A DNA stretch of 64,000 nucleotides from Sphyrna mokarran (GCA_024679065.1 JAGIQG010000015.1:48484001-48548000); one strand, 5' to 3'. Shown: positions 25,209-38,700, counted from the stretch's first letter. Notes: generated by a model from the sequence alone, not told the origin. Numbers and translations: made by a program.

Positions 25209-25648
25209 TGAAGAAGGGAACAGGTTAATGAAGTTTGTAGCACTTAGAGGTTTGTGCAGAACATTGCAAGACTTATTTTTGCATCCCTGTAACCTTGTAT
25301 ACCAGTTGACGTGTTTGTACAAGCTTGTAACCTTGTATGTTGGCTAAACAAACCATAGGTGTCGAGATGCAATAACAGCTAATCCCACTGGAGGAACAGA
25401 ATGGAGACAGTCACGACCTTGGAACAGCTATGATTACAATGGACTACATAAAGGATGAAGCTGCTGAGGCAGCAATAACCATATGATGGATGGGGCGGGA
25501 ACCGGGATTATAAAATCTACTCTTACTTGTGTTCGGAAAGAAGTCTGGTGGACCACTTTAGGAACTAGGCTTCTCCCAAAAGCTTTTGTAATAAACCTGT
25601 TGTACTTTGACTCACAATTAGTCTTGGAGGTATTATTTATCAATAACA
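25209..25648 (+). repeat. ERV 3' LTR (440 bp)
   Basis: Follows the PPT; tgaagaagggaacaggttaatg...ttatttatcaataaca; lacks an internal segment of about 45 bp present in the 5' LTR. Confidence 0.9.
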
Positions 25649-25983
25649 GTGAGAGTAGGTAGGAGTGGGAGGGCATAGGGATAAGAATAAGTAGGGGTGA
25701 GAATGGGTAAGGCAGGGAGTGGAGAGGAGAAGAAAGGGTAAAGGTGAGAATAGGTAGGGGAGCGATTGGGTAAGAGTGGATTGGGATGGGAACAGATAGG
25801 GGAGGGAATGGGTGGCAGAGTAAGTGGGTATGGGTGGCAATGAATAAGTGAGGGATTGGGTGCAAGTTGATGGGGATGAGAGTAGTAGGAGTGTGAGGGC
25901 CTAGGGGTGGATGTGGGTATCGGTGAGAACAGGTAGGACAAGGGAATGAATAAAGGTAGGAGTGGGTAACAGATGGAGACCAT

Positions 25984-26182
25984 GATGTGGAGATGCCAGT
26001 ATTGGACTGAGGTAGACACAATAAAAAGTCTCACAACACCAGGTTAAAGTCCAACAGGTTTATTTGATATCACAATCTTTTAGAGTGCTGCTGACTCACC
26101 TGATGAAGGAGCAGTGTTCCGAAAGCTCATGATACCAAATAAATCTGTTAGATTTTAACCTGGTATTATGAGACTTCTTATT
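25984..26182. mobile_element. Penelope-derived palindromic element containing a minimal hammerhead motif
   Basis: Inverted arms aagtctcacaacaccaggttaaagtccaacagg and ctgttagattttaacctggtattatgagactt around CTGATGA...GAAA. Confidence 0.75.
26096..26132 (+). ncRNA. Minimal type I hammerhead ribozyme motif
   Basis: tcac-CTGATGA-aggagcagtgttcc-GAAA-gc-TC-atga: stem I tcac/atga (one mismatch), intact core, stem II and palindromic stem III. Confidence 0.6.
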
Positions 26183-26939
26183 GCGAGGTGAAAAGATTTA
26201 GAAAGTAAGGGTTGATAAAGGGGAGATTGGAGCAGTGCAGAGTGGAAAGGAAGAAACAGAAGAGTGCAGAGGGGGAGGAAGAAGAATATGGAGGGGAGAG
26301 AGAGAGGGTGAGAGTGAAACAACATCTGAAATGGGAGGAAGGGAGACGGTGTGAGCTTCTGGGATGAAGAGTGGGTGAGAGGAGGTAATGAAGGGTAGAG
26401 GGAAGCACAGGAAGTGGGGAGGAGAGGGGGACAAGGAGGCAGAAGGGAGGGGTAGCCGCTCAAGTCACCACTCATTTATTTGCATTACTTTACCCACCAC
26501 CATGGTAAAGTAATTGTGAGTAGCCATGAAGTCTTTCTCCCACTACATAATGTTCAAGCTAAATCAGAATTATTTCTGCCTGCAGAGTTATATTACAACA
26601 TTTAACTGGAATAAACAGTAAGTACAATAAGGTTCAATTAAAATCACATCTTCAAACATTGCCAGTGTTGTTGAACTGAGTATTGCCATTAATCAAAAAT
26701 ACCAGAAAGGTCAAGAAACTGGAGCAGGCCATTCAGCCCAAACTAGCTTTTCCTAAGTACTCAAGGTTCCGTTTAATGACTGGTTTTGGATGCAGAACAA
26801 AGCAAAGTGTCAGTATCACTCAGGAATCTTGTTAATGACCTGAGTTCAGAGATCATGAAAACGAAACCACCTTCAGTATTCCAGCCCAGTGCAAAGTCAT
26901 ATTTTAGAAGTGTCCAGGCAGTCCATTGGACCCAACTCA

Positions 26940-27105
26940 ACAGATTATCTGATTATTATCACATTTGTGGGAGATTGTTGTTTCAAGTTGGCTGCCACTT
27001 CTGCTACAATATAACAATGACTACATTTCATAAGCATTATGTTGGCTGTAAAATGCTTTAGGGGATCATGAAGTTACGAAAAGCATTATCAAAAAGCAAG
27101 CCTTT
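26940..27105 (+). mobile_element. Deu-domain SINE fragment
   Basis: attatcacatttgtgggag...ttggctgcc...acaatgactacatttca...ttggctgtaaaatgcttt. Confidence 0.65.
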
Positions 27106-27679
27106 TTTAGGAACTGTATAATTGTAGTGTTGTCTTTCTTAGCTGCTCTATGAAAAGTAAGTGTATTCTGATAACATTAAAAGAATAGCCAGTTGAGCAG
27201 AGCACTGCTCTACATGTGAATTTATTGCTGGTGTAGCTGTCATTATATCTTGGGTCAACTGAATAGAGGTGGCAAAATGAACAGTGCAGCGTCTATGTTT
27301 GCAGCTATACTGCTAATTTTGTAATGGAGAATGATTATTCTCTGCAAGTGGAGATGCAATAAGGCAGTGCAATATGTAAGGTTAAACAATGAACCAGTCG
27401 AGAAGTTCTAAAGAAGGGCTTTATGCTGCTATACTTTATACACAGAAAATCTAACAGAGATCAGTGATGGTTTGAGATTTCTTTGACTTGCTGCCTTTGT
27501 TATTATCTCCTAACTTGTAAAAAATATGCATTTAAAATTGCTTTGCATCAGTGTGAAAATGTTTGTGTAATGGCATTCATTGCTAAATTCTAGCAATATA
27601 TATGCAAGCATTTAATGATTCCCAATAAATCCTCATCATATTTGCTCACAAAATGTTGCTACTGGGTACCTTTATGGCA

Positions 27680-28700
27680 TGACCAGAATTTTACACATCA
27701 GGTACAATTTTCCCCCCAAAAAATTTGAACTGTTACAGAAATCTGAAAACAAAGAGTTTCACTCCAGTTTTTGCAGTGAGTTACCCTGTGCAATTTTCCC
27801 AAACTGTAGCAGCAGGATTTTACTGCCTCACTGAAGCAAAACTGGAAAATCTTGTCTGAGGTCAATGACAATTTCCATTGTCCACTCCTCGCCTGCTCTG
27901 ATTTTGGTGAAGTCAGGGTGGTAGAATTCTGAAAAATGTGGTTTTTTTTTGGCAGATGGGAGTTCCATGCTGGTAGGGAGGAGGCTGAGCTTAAGCTGGG
28001 GAAGTGGTTGCAGACTGCTAGGCACGCACCCTAATCTCCCATGTACTGCGTACTGCGTACAGTATGTGGGAGAAATGTCAAATGCCCAACAAACATCACC
28101 TCCCTCCGCAAGACAGACTGCCCCTGATTGCTGCCTCCATCCCCCTATACAGAGTTCCCCTCCCTTCCTACCAATCTCCCCCACCCATTCTGACTTTGCC
28201 CATCTACCCCCCCCCCCCCCGCCCCATGATGCCTGATGCCTAGTAGGCAGTGCCAAGGTGCCTGGTAAGCAGTGTAAGGCTTTAAAACTGTCACTGCCAT
28301 GGTTCCAGGCTGGCATTGCCTAAGGGACATTGTCCCGAACACTCAGTGGGCCTCAGCGACCTCCAGTACCCACCAGTGAGGTCATCATATCAGGTCCTCA
28401 TTGATGAAGACTTTCTGCTATCCTTGCCTATGAGAACCTTCATTGGTGAGTTCAGAAAGTTAAATGAGCCTGGGCAATAGTGTTCTAGGCTCACTAACAT
28501 GATTTAAATGAGGTCATAAATGTTTAAATCAGCCTTGTGCCCTTCGCAGATATGAGACTGATTCCATCAGCGAAAAATGGCCTGGGAGGATCACAACCTG
28601 CTGAATGCTGGTCGCGATTCCTATTTTTAGCCTCCCATTGAAATTTCCCACCCCACGACATTACTCAATCAGTGCAGTAGGGTGGAAAAATTCTTAAATG
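27680..28700. mobile_element. Decayed non-autonomous DNA-transposon-like repeat
   Basis: Ends cagaattttac and gaaaaattct resemble degenerate inverted termini; internal similarity to 330-860. Confidence 0.4.
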
Positions 28701-29549
28701 GCATGTATTTGCATGGGATTCCTAGCAGGGCTCCATATTTGGTTAAGGCACTTGCTCAATTGTCCAATATGCAGCCCTGCTTTTCAGACTCCCACAAATT
28801 GAATTCTCTTGTTTATTTCCAATTATTTGATATTTTTATTTTGTGCAATACTTGTCCTTTCTGGTTAAGTGTACAACCTGACTTAGTAGTTTTAAAATAA
28901 AAGTTGGAAAAATTGGAGATGCTGAAAATCTGAAGAAAATCATACTGATTTGAAATGTTAATTCTTCTTCTCTTTCCACGGATGCTGCCAGACTTGCTGA
29001 ATTTATCAAGCATTTTCCATTTTTATTTTAATCCTTTTGTAAGTCTTTTGCTGTAGTGAGCAAATTCATTTCTGCCAGAATGGGGCTTTAACTGTGAAGC
29101 ATATATTTGATATTGGAATCAACCTCTTCTTTGAAACAAGATGAATAATTAACAGATGGTGACAATTAATCTTTTATTTGAAATATTAGATTTGAAATTA
29201 TTGTTGAAATTTGGAGGCGATGTATTTGTTATTACAATTTAACTCACTGCTGTTTGCCAGATCTCCTCATATACAAATCGTTTACTCCGTTCTCCTGCAA
29301 AGGAACCAGTAAAATGTTGTTGTATAATGTGATATGTATTGAATTTAATAATTCTCACTGCAAACATCAAAATTCATATGCATTGATTTATTTTAAATGT
29401 TACCGTACTCTAATAAATCTCTAGGTATTAACTTAAATCATGCAACATGTGCAACTATATTAAAATGTATAATCAGACAAATAAATAGATAGAATTCTAT
29501 CCCTATGACAAAGTTTTAAAGAACCATCATTGTAGAAGTGATAACTCAT

Positions 29550-29940
29550 GTGTCAGCTTTGGTTCAGTGGTTTCAACTTTGAGTCAGAAGTGATGTCTTC
29601 AAACTTCAAGATTTAAGCACTTAATCTAGAATGACACGGACTGCAAAGCTGAATAAGCACTGCGCTGCTCCTTTCAGTCAAGGTTTGAGACACTCTGCCT
29701 GTCTATCTCAGATACGCATTCCATTTATTTGAAGAACATGAAATTCCCCTAATTTCTAATCAACAAACATCACCAATTTAACTCACTGCTATTTGTAAGA
29801 TTTCCTCGTATATAAATCGTTTACTCCGTTTTTTTACAACGGCAAAACCGAAGTGCCTACACTTCACAACTAATTGATTGGCCGTGAGGCACACAATGGA
29901 CGATCCGAGGAAACGAAAGGCGCTATGTAAATGCAACCTC
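29550..29940 (+). mobile_element. Near full-length ancient Deu-domain SINE (SacSINE1-like)
   Basis: Head gtgtcagctttggttcagtgg...gagtcagaag, Deu core cactgctatttgt, and tail ctacacttca...attggccgtga...gaaaggcgctatgtaaatgcaa. Confidence 0.7.
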
Positions 29941-32066
29941 ACTCTTCATAGAGACGGGACACTGTTATTCTTTAACTTTTGCCTCATTAGAAAGTAATTC
30001 TGCTTTACACCGATGGAAAACGAAAAATTGAATTCTCAATCTAGATCCTCAATACGTCTTCAGATTAGATTTACAAATATTCCGCTCTAAGGCCATCTCA
30101 TATCCTTGCTTGACACACCGCGGAGCATGATTCAATTAATGCTTCATTCCAGGTTCACTAAGTGTCCAGTGTGTCTACCAAACGGGTGTGTGAATTATAA
30201 AATTCAATAAGCTCCTTTAAGTAGAAATGCTTTAAGGAAGCAGGCGCTCATAGCCATTCCTAAATCAAACACATTCCACCAGCAAAGCTGTACGGGGCAG
30301 TATCTTCCAGGTATTGGTGCTGCAGATGCTTCTCTGTAAGAGCAATTCTGAGGCCGCTTGCACAGTATAATGACAATACATTGAAACGCTTGGCAGAATG
30401 TTTCCGCAATATATTGAAACAAAATCCATGTAGAAATTCGTGTTCAATTATAATCAGTCACAATCCAAACAAATAATTTACCTAAAACACTCTTAAAAAA
30501 TAAACACTGAACAATTTCCAAACAACAGAAACGTACAGGACGATTTACAATTAAGGTAATGCTGTCAAGGCGTGGATTTTTAAAAGAAATATTTACGTTG
30601 AACAAAACGAACATGTGGAAGGACTTAAAATGTGTTTGAAATGCTTTGCAATGGTCGATAAATGTCTATGTTAGTTTTACTGCCGATTTTAAATCAAAAA
30701 CACCAGGCACAGCGCAGCGAATTCATCGGTTTTAAAACGTATTTTTCATATTTTATCAACATGTGGTGTTCTAAAATAAGCAGAAGGAGAGAACTCGCTG
30801 CATATGTGTATCAGTATAACATTTTCAAAGAAAGGAATGCTATGTGAACACGTTTAAATTGGCGTTTATCGTTTAATGTATTTTCTAACCGTAGGCATGC
30901 TGCATCAGTTGTACTGTGTCTGAGTGAGAGGTATTCATTAATATGTAAGGAAGGAACTAGACTTCTTAAAAAAACAATTGTATAAATGCACGAGCTTTAA
31001 AGACACACTGCAGAAAATGATGTTATTATTCTCCATGGATTTGGCCGCACTTTCAGGAATGATACAATATTTTAATAGTCAGACGCTAAATAATTCAAAG
31101 CTAATACCATTTATCGTAGCAACATATAGTATAATTAAAAATCATGTTTATACTACACCAAAAAAAAGAGATTTGACCCTTCAAAATAACCATTGACATC
31201 GTGTGTACTCTGATAAATTTCGAATCTAATTTTCAATTATTCGTATTAATCAGGAACAGTTAAAGAGAAAGAATTTGCCCAAACAATTTCAGTTTGAATT
31301 TGTACTCATTTTACTATTTTTTTAAAATAAATTTTTTTTTATCCAAATAAGTGGCTGTGGAAAACTACAAATGAACTGCCACACCGTGAAGTTACAATGC
31401 TGCTCGCGGTTTTGGGAGAAAGCAAATCCAAATAAAGCAAACAAGGAGAAAGTCTAACTCCCCTGCTCCTATAAACAGAAATTACACTTTGCAGCTTTTA
31501 TCATTATAATTTCACCGATGGAGAGGAAAACCATTGAGCTGCACCGTATACGACAGGAACTGGATAAAGCTTGCCTTTATCAAGTCAAGTACACCGAAGT
31601 CTTTCAAAATATAAATAAGAAATCGTTTACTGTTTAAGGGTTCTGATAAAATCTGCCCTCGTCATTTCTCAAAATATAAATTATTGAAGAAAATATTTTT
31701 GAAAATAGATATGCGGCCAATCGACTGTCGAGCACAAAGTGCAATTATGAGTGACAACTGATTATGAAACAATCAGGTTGAACAATTTTCCTCAGTGAGA
31801 TTCACACTTCACCAATTATCTTCCGAAATTATATTTATATTTTTTAATCTAACAATACTTCAAAGATTGGGCCCTATTTTATTCCTATTCTCGTAGCTAT
31901 TGGCAATGTTATCCTGTTATTTAATAAATTGATGTTTAACTATGCTGAATGGTGTAAATCATTGAGTAAACGGTGGGATGATTTTAGACAGAACCCGTCA
32001 GGATATATTATCGTGGATGCTGATAATATGAAATGGTTGTTTCTTTCTCTTACCTGCCAGCTGTAA

Positions 32067-32080
32067 TCAGGAGGTGGCGC
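32067..32080 (+). promoter_or_regulatory. Candidate CTCF site
   Basis: TCAGGAGGTGGCGC matches 12 of 14 positions of CCASYAGRKGGCRS, in a non-repetitive GC patch. Confidence 0.4.
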
Positions 32081-35000
32081 CAGATCCCAACAGGGTTAAC
32101 GCCGCGATGGAAAAAAGCCAGTTCTGTGGTTTTAGAACAAAATTGACGGGAGAAACGTCTTTCAATTAAAGACCAACGTAGTTTAAGAAAAATAAACGAT
32201 ACGTTCAATAAAGACGCGACAAAACAAAGCGAAAACTATACAAACGTATGATAGCAGCAGTTTGTCAGTTAGCCTGATATCATCACTTTGGAAATGATTT
32301 AAATACATCTTATATTTGTAAATTATATATGTATATATGTAATAATTATAAAATGTAAGCGCAATGCATTGTTATGTAATAGAAGGAGTGGTTGATTCGA
32401 ACATTCTGAAAAGGCTGCTAAAAATCGGTTCTATCAAAGTTCTTCATTCCTGCAATTATTTATAATTAGTTTCATACATCTTAAATAGAGAAAATTATAA
32501 TAGGGATAGAAAAAGACGAGTAATTCAAATGTGCAAAGAAAGGTAGTCCAAGCTTGTGAGCACGGCTGGATCATTCGGCAGATTCTAAGTTACAATTCTA
32601 CCCATTACCGCAATGACTACTTCATGAAATTATTCAGGAAATCCTATTCTCTATGGCGCTTACAATTCAGTAATGAGTAACGTTGTCCAACCAACCAAAC
32701 CTTTATGTGACTCAATAGTAATTTCCCTTAAACTGTTGTGGTTATCGATTAATGCTCTTTATCTATTTCATATATTGTCATTTGAATTTAATTCAGGTCG
32801 TTGAATGAATTATCTCAACTGATATTTTTTCGCAGTGATATGTACTCTTGGTTCCCCATTAACAACGATATCAATAATGCAAATTGTTTACAAATAACAG
32901 GTCATTTCATCTTACATATGAACAATTGTGTATTTCCATTAGTTTGTTCGTATCATAATGTTATTCTTAAACTTAATTTAAATATTAAAAAACTGATTTA
33001 AATATAAAAAAAATTCATGCATTTTATAGAACACTTTTCCTGTCCCTTTTAAGAACAGAATATATATTTTATAAAGCATTTGTTCTAAATTACTGGTGCT
33101 CTTTCATTTCTGTATTCCGAGATTTAATTTCTTCCTTATGAACATTCATTCCGCACAACTTTCAGCTGCATAAACATTCCGGTTTTTGTGTATTTGGAAT
33201 TAATATGCTTTTGTTCTTGTTTTGAGACTTCCTGGCTCTTTTGTCCGGAATATTTCCTCTATATGCGTTTATATTTCCATTGTATATACTTGTAGCTAAT
33301 ATTTAATATAAATTCCCTTTACATATGCGAAATATTCCAGGTATATTCATTCGAAATGAGATTTTTCTTTTACACAGTGTTCAATATTACAATTATATTT
33401 GTTATTTTTGGGAGGACTTCCAATAGGATTTGGTTATATCTATGTGAAGTTCAATGCAAGACCCACAAAACAATAATCTTAGTCAGAAATTCCGCGGAAT
33501 TTCAGTAATTTATTTCCTGTCTTTGTAAATAGAAGAACAGACTGAGATAGCTTGATAAAAGTTTGATATCAGTAGCAGATTTGCTGAAAATGTAATATTC
33601 ATTAGCTAGATAGAACAATAGATAGAAAATCCAAGATCAACTCACTGAAAGACGGAAATCAAGCTAATGAGTTCAGTGTGATCTATTCAACACATGGAAT
33701 TAGACATTTTCCAAACGCAGAAAGGACCAGTTTAAACAAATGGTGCTTTTTACACCCTCTCAATCACTAGACATGATGAGAACTGAAATGTAAGCTTGGT
33801 GACATTTTTATTTACTATTCCATGAGTTGCAGTTTATTGGGAGGAACTTGAGACTCTGAATTTTTGCTGCAGGTCATTAATTTACCAGTGGAGTCCAGAA
33901 TTGATAGATATGCAACATACACACAACTGAATACGGATATTAAACTTGGGTGCGTGGCCCTTTTCGCCAAGTTTAAGCTATCGACGACTACAGCTAGTAA
34001 GAACTACCTTGCTGGTAAACATTATTGTTCTTTACGTTTTAACTTCGTCTAAAATAATCTCGGTTATTAACATCACAAGAATGTTTTTTTCATATAAAGT
34101 GGTGTCAGAGAGACCTCCTGCCTTATGTATGACCGTGATGTTGAACTTGGGAAATAGCAAAAACTACTTTGGAGACCTACGGTACTCACTCTCATATTGT
34201 ATGATGAAATATTGCACTCGTCATTGCAACTTCTCCGCACGCACACGCCTTTGTTCCGCACTGAGGGCAGAAACATCACAAGAACAATGGAATCTTATTT
34301 CGAACCACAATTTTTAATCAAACCATTATGTCGAAGATCTGATATTTTATTTATAAATCTTCTATGAATTTATCAATAGAGTACTTTAGCAGACACCCGT
34401 TTGTTAGCGATTTAAAGCCATGCACAAATTATTTGTATTTTATAGCCCAACACATATTGGGTTATGAAGTATATTTCAAATAGTCACTTTAGACTGGATT
34501 TGCTCTTTCTCCCTCAGAACTGGAAACAGATTTTTGTTCATAACAATGCTGTTTAACGTGCAGCCTGTTCCGACTTACTGAATTTATAATTCAGACAAAA
34601 TCTTCCTCATACTCCACTCATCAGCTTGTTAGTTTATGAGCAAGGGGTAGATGGTGAAATGGATGACCTGGTTAAATAAGATGTGCAGCAGGAAAGTGAC
34701 CGCGGTTGTCCTTCCTAGAATTTCAATACTCAATATAAGGTTGAAAATGATTTTGTTCATGCGCTCGATTGAGAATCAGCGGATAAATAAGAGATAGCAC
34801 ATGTTCATTATCAGCATCTCTAATATGAACAAATATTTATATCCAGGCACATCACAAGAAGCATTGCTTTTTCTAACATAGTTCTTTAATTATTTTATTT
34901 GTTAAAATACGTTTCAGATGTTTACTGATTTCTGAATGTATTGTCTTAGTTTTCAAGATCTTTACATTATACTTACAGCAAATTAGTGTTACGTAAAATG

Positions 35001-35364
35001 GAAAATGGAAGTCATAAGTCTCACTCAAACCGCAATATAGTTTTGAGTTGGCAAATAATTTCTGAAACTTAATTGTACTTACGACGTTTTTCCTCTATTG
35101 AAAACTATATATATAATCCTCTATATGTCCTAAAATAATATATGCGTTATTAGGGACGAAATGTATTGCGATAGAAACATAGCTGTGGTAATTTATGAAC
35201 TGATATGATCAACTTCCCGTTAAGGCTACTTGGGCGGTGCAGTCTATTTTTGAATTAAAGTTTATCTGATAGGTCAAACCCTCAGCTATATCGAATGGAT
35301 CGGGCCCATACTGCATTTAGGACTGGGCACCGAACCTCAGGAAATACATATTTGTTTTGAAAGG

Positions 35365-35790
35365 GACACATTCACCAGAATGATATCAAGGATGTAAAGG
35401 GTTAAATTATGAGGACGGGTTATATATATTTTGGGCTGAATTCCCTTGCCTTTAGAAGACTGAAGGACCATTTAATCGAAATACTAAAACTGTGAAGAGA
35501 TTCCATGGAGTGGATGTAAAATAAGTGTAGGGCCTTTTCGATATGAAATCAGGAAACGTTATCACACACACACTAGGTAAAAAGTGGAATTCGCTCCTCA
35601 AATGTTTGTGGATCCGTTCCGATTTTTAATACTGACGTAGAAAGATTATTGTTAAGCAGTAGTTGGTTTATTTTTATTTGTAACCAAGTAATATCCAAAA
35701 AAATTAAATTGAAATATAAGTCAATCACGACCCAATTCAATAGTGAAGCAGCCTCGAGGGGCTGAATGGCCTCCAGCTATTCCCATGCTG
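35365..35790 (+). mobile_element. Highly decayed CR1 3' remnant
   Basis: attcaccagaatgatatcaaggatg...ttatgagga...tttagaagactgaagg and the 3' UTR gcagcctcgaggggctgaatggcct. Confidence 0.7.
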
Positions 35791-38700
35791 TTTGTTACTT
35801 TTTACAATAATGTGAACCGACCATTTGTACATTTGCCTACATGTGATATGCCAATCTAAATAAAATTAACCATTCTTTGACAAACATGTAGATTTAATTC
35901 GTTGTGATTGCACTTTATTCAGACTAGTGTGAACTTACTTTTAGGAAGCTCCACGGTTTCGGGTCCACTGAAGTTGTTTGAACTCACCTATTGTAGAATT
36001 ACTTTACTAAGGTAATTGGAACTTGTGTACGTTAAAGCGTTATTTAATCCTTGATGTATTCACTTCACACTAATTGAACGTGAATACTCTAAATTAGGAG
36101 TCGAGTTATACCTCGTCGCAAGCTAAAAGCGTTCTCTTTGTGCTGCTTTGATGAAAGGCAGATACTGTGGATTTCAGCACGAGGGTGACAGCGAGGAGTC
36201 ACATTTAACTTGTCGGAGTCATGCTTCACACCTATTTCTGGAAGATTAGAATATTGTCTAAAGAACTTTTCGGTCAATTATAACTTGCATTCTGTAAGTT
36301 CCCAAACTTATCAAAGTCACTTTTTGAAAGTTGCATTAACAAAGAATTTTGGCTTTTGCTTCTGTAGCGCAAGGAAGTGTTCAATAATATGTCCACGAGA
36401 GTTCTGATTCATAAAGTAATTTTGTAAAACATGGAGTTGCTAATTTCACGTAACATCCAGTTTTTATGTCAAGTTACCTACTAGAAAGTTCCTGTCCTTC
36501 TCATAATTGCGTTCTTATTTTCCTGAGAAAATATTCAAAATAATTTCGACTGAGATACAAAATGCTTTGCATTTAAATGAAAATGGCTTTAAATACTTAT
36601 TGCTACAGTTTCCAAATTTTTCACCGTAAGTGTTTGGAATTCATTAGTATAATTTCTCTATATGTTTGGTCGCTCATTGTATTCTGGATGAATGGCCATT
36701 TTCACACTGAAGGAATCTGACAAGTTTGAGTGATTTATTTAATGGAAAATTCAAAGTTAACTTAAAGTAGTAGATAAAGAGAGTTTAAACATAGTAAAAT
36801 CTTCCTGAACCACATTTAAAAACTAGACCTGATGCGAGTCTTTGCAATCAAATAAAGGGGAAAACTATAAATGTTAAAAATATGTTATTCCATTTATTTA
36901 TTGCAGCAATATATATGATTGGATAGAAAGATGTGACTTTCAAAACCAGAAACCAACTTCCTTGCGAAAATTAACTCTAATAAACCATTTGGCCATTAAA
37001 TGATTTATTCCGAAATAAAACAGCCACATTCAAAATGATCTAATGCTTGCTAACAGAAACAATTGCTGGATTCATCCCATTTGTGTCCCTTGCTCGTTAA
37101 TGGGCCAGTGTGGATCTGACCTTTGTTATTTAAGACCATATTCAGCACCTCAATGGAAACAAGTTAAGCACGTTCAGCCCTGGTAAACATTTATCCTTTC
37201 TCACCAGAGACCAGCCCTGTGGACAGGGGCTCTTCCGACTGTCACAGTCACAGCCTCACACGCGGCCCACAGCTTAGGAGCAGGGAACAGAGATCCCACA
37301 AATAATACGGAAAGATAACAACACAGATCCATACAGACAATGGGGCAGAGATAAGAACGTGTTCGGAAACAGTTGCAGATAAAGCAGCAAACTGAGAAAT
37401 GTAAACGGCTGGAAAAAAAGAAAGGTCTTATCCAATTACAATACACTCAACACATTATCCAAAACATTCATACCACCTGATTACTTATTGGTATGCTTTA
37501 CAAAGATTATTAAAGCAAAATACGGAAGCTGGAAATTGGAAATAAAACAGGTCTGGCAAAAGAAACGTTCCCTCTTCATAGATGCTGCTAGACCTTTCGA
37601 GTGTTTTCAGCATTTTCTGTTTTATTATCACAATTATTAGTTCGAAATACAAGATACAATCAGGAATGTTCCTTGATATTTTGATGCAGAAAGCATTTCA
37701 AAGAAAAAGATTAAAAACATCGTTACCTCAAAACCATTGCATAGCATGAGCGTTATTTTAGCCACACAACTTTATTGACAGCAAGAACCTTCTTGGCGCC
37801 TTAAGCATAACATTACCAACTGAATATGGACATCTGACAAAAATATCTGTGCGGAATGAAAGTGAAGCATTTAACTTTTACTTCCAAAGAAACACATTTG
37901 GGATCAAGTTTAGGGGTTTAGAGGAATGTTTTGGCTTCAAGAAAAACCTACTTCAAACTTGATTTTGTGGCAGGTTTGGAACATACCGCGAAACATAAAC
38001 GGTAGGGCGAGATAATACCACTAAGGTAAATAGATACCCTAACAAAATTAAAGTCGTAAATTTTTTCCCTGTTTTAAAATCGTTCACAGCAATAAAACAG
38101 TATAAATCCAGGATTGATGTTCCATTTTGTAATTAAGCAAAGACGTTAATGATTATTTTCATTTACCAGAGTAATTTACGCCAATGAGAATAGCACAAAG
38201 GTTAAATAGATGAGCAAATTTTTTGTTTAGATTGATAGAATAGACAATGCGTTTTCTAAGACAGTTTAGTGTTGACTCATTATCAACTGCATATTGGGTT
38301 GTATTTTCGATTTCAAACCGCAGCTTGTATTAAACATATTTTCTACCTAATAATTAATATTACTAATGGAAGAAACACTTTGTTTATGAACTAATCAACC
38401 AGTAATTCTTCATGTATAAATTATCTACATTTTGTAAACGTCATTAGATGTTGACTACCAACAGTTGAACATAAATTAACTATTTGTAATTATTTATCCT
38501 GACCAAAATATATCCCTCCTATTGTAATAAAGAACAATTATTCTGATTATTAATTTACCATTCCAACACTGATGTTCGTCGGCTGTTTAGATTTGTGATG
38601 CACGTTATTTCCGCAACTTACAAAACATTAGGGCTGGTACTTCACTTTGGACTAACACTATCTACCTGATGGTTTATTTTAAGATGCATTTGATATTTAA

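Larger units (their letters stand above)
19364..25648 (+). mobile_element. Endogenous retrovirus provirus, LTR to LTR, internally deleted and non-autonomous
   Basis: Paired TG...CA LTRs, flanks GTAAG/GTGAG (5-bp TSD with one mismatch), PBS, PPT aaaaggggggaa, and gag, protease, integrase and env remnants in order. Confidence 0.93.
25649..26455. repeat. Purine-rich (GA/GGG) low-complexity tract, interrupted by a Penelope-derived repeat
   Basis: Strongly G/A-biased; continues the purine-rich sequence left of the 5' LTR (about 19260-19363). Confidence 0.8.

Noticed and set aside
25434-26475. Long Pro/Leu/Ser-rich minus-strand ORFs (up to 195 aa)
   Set aside because: Artefacts of the purine-rich low-complexity tract and LTR. 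The ORFs at 15102-15683 have the same cause.
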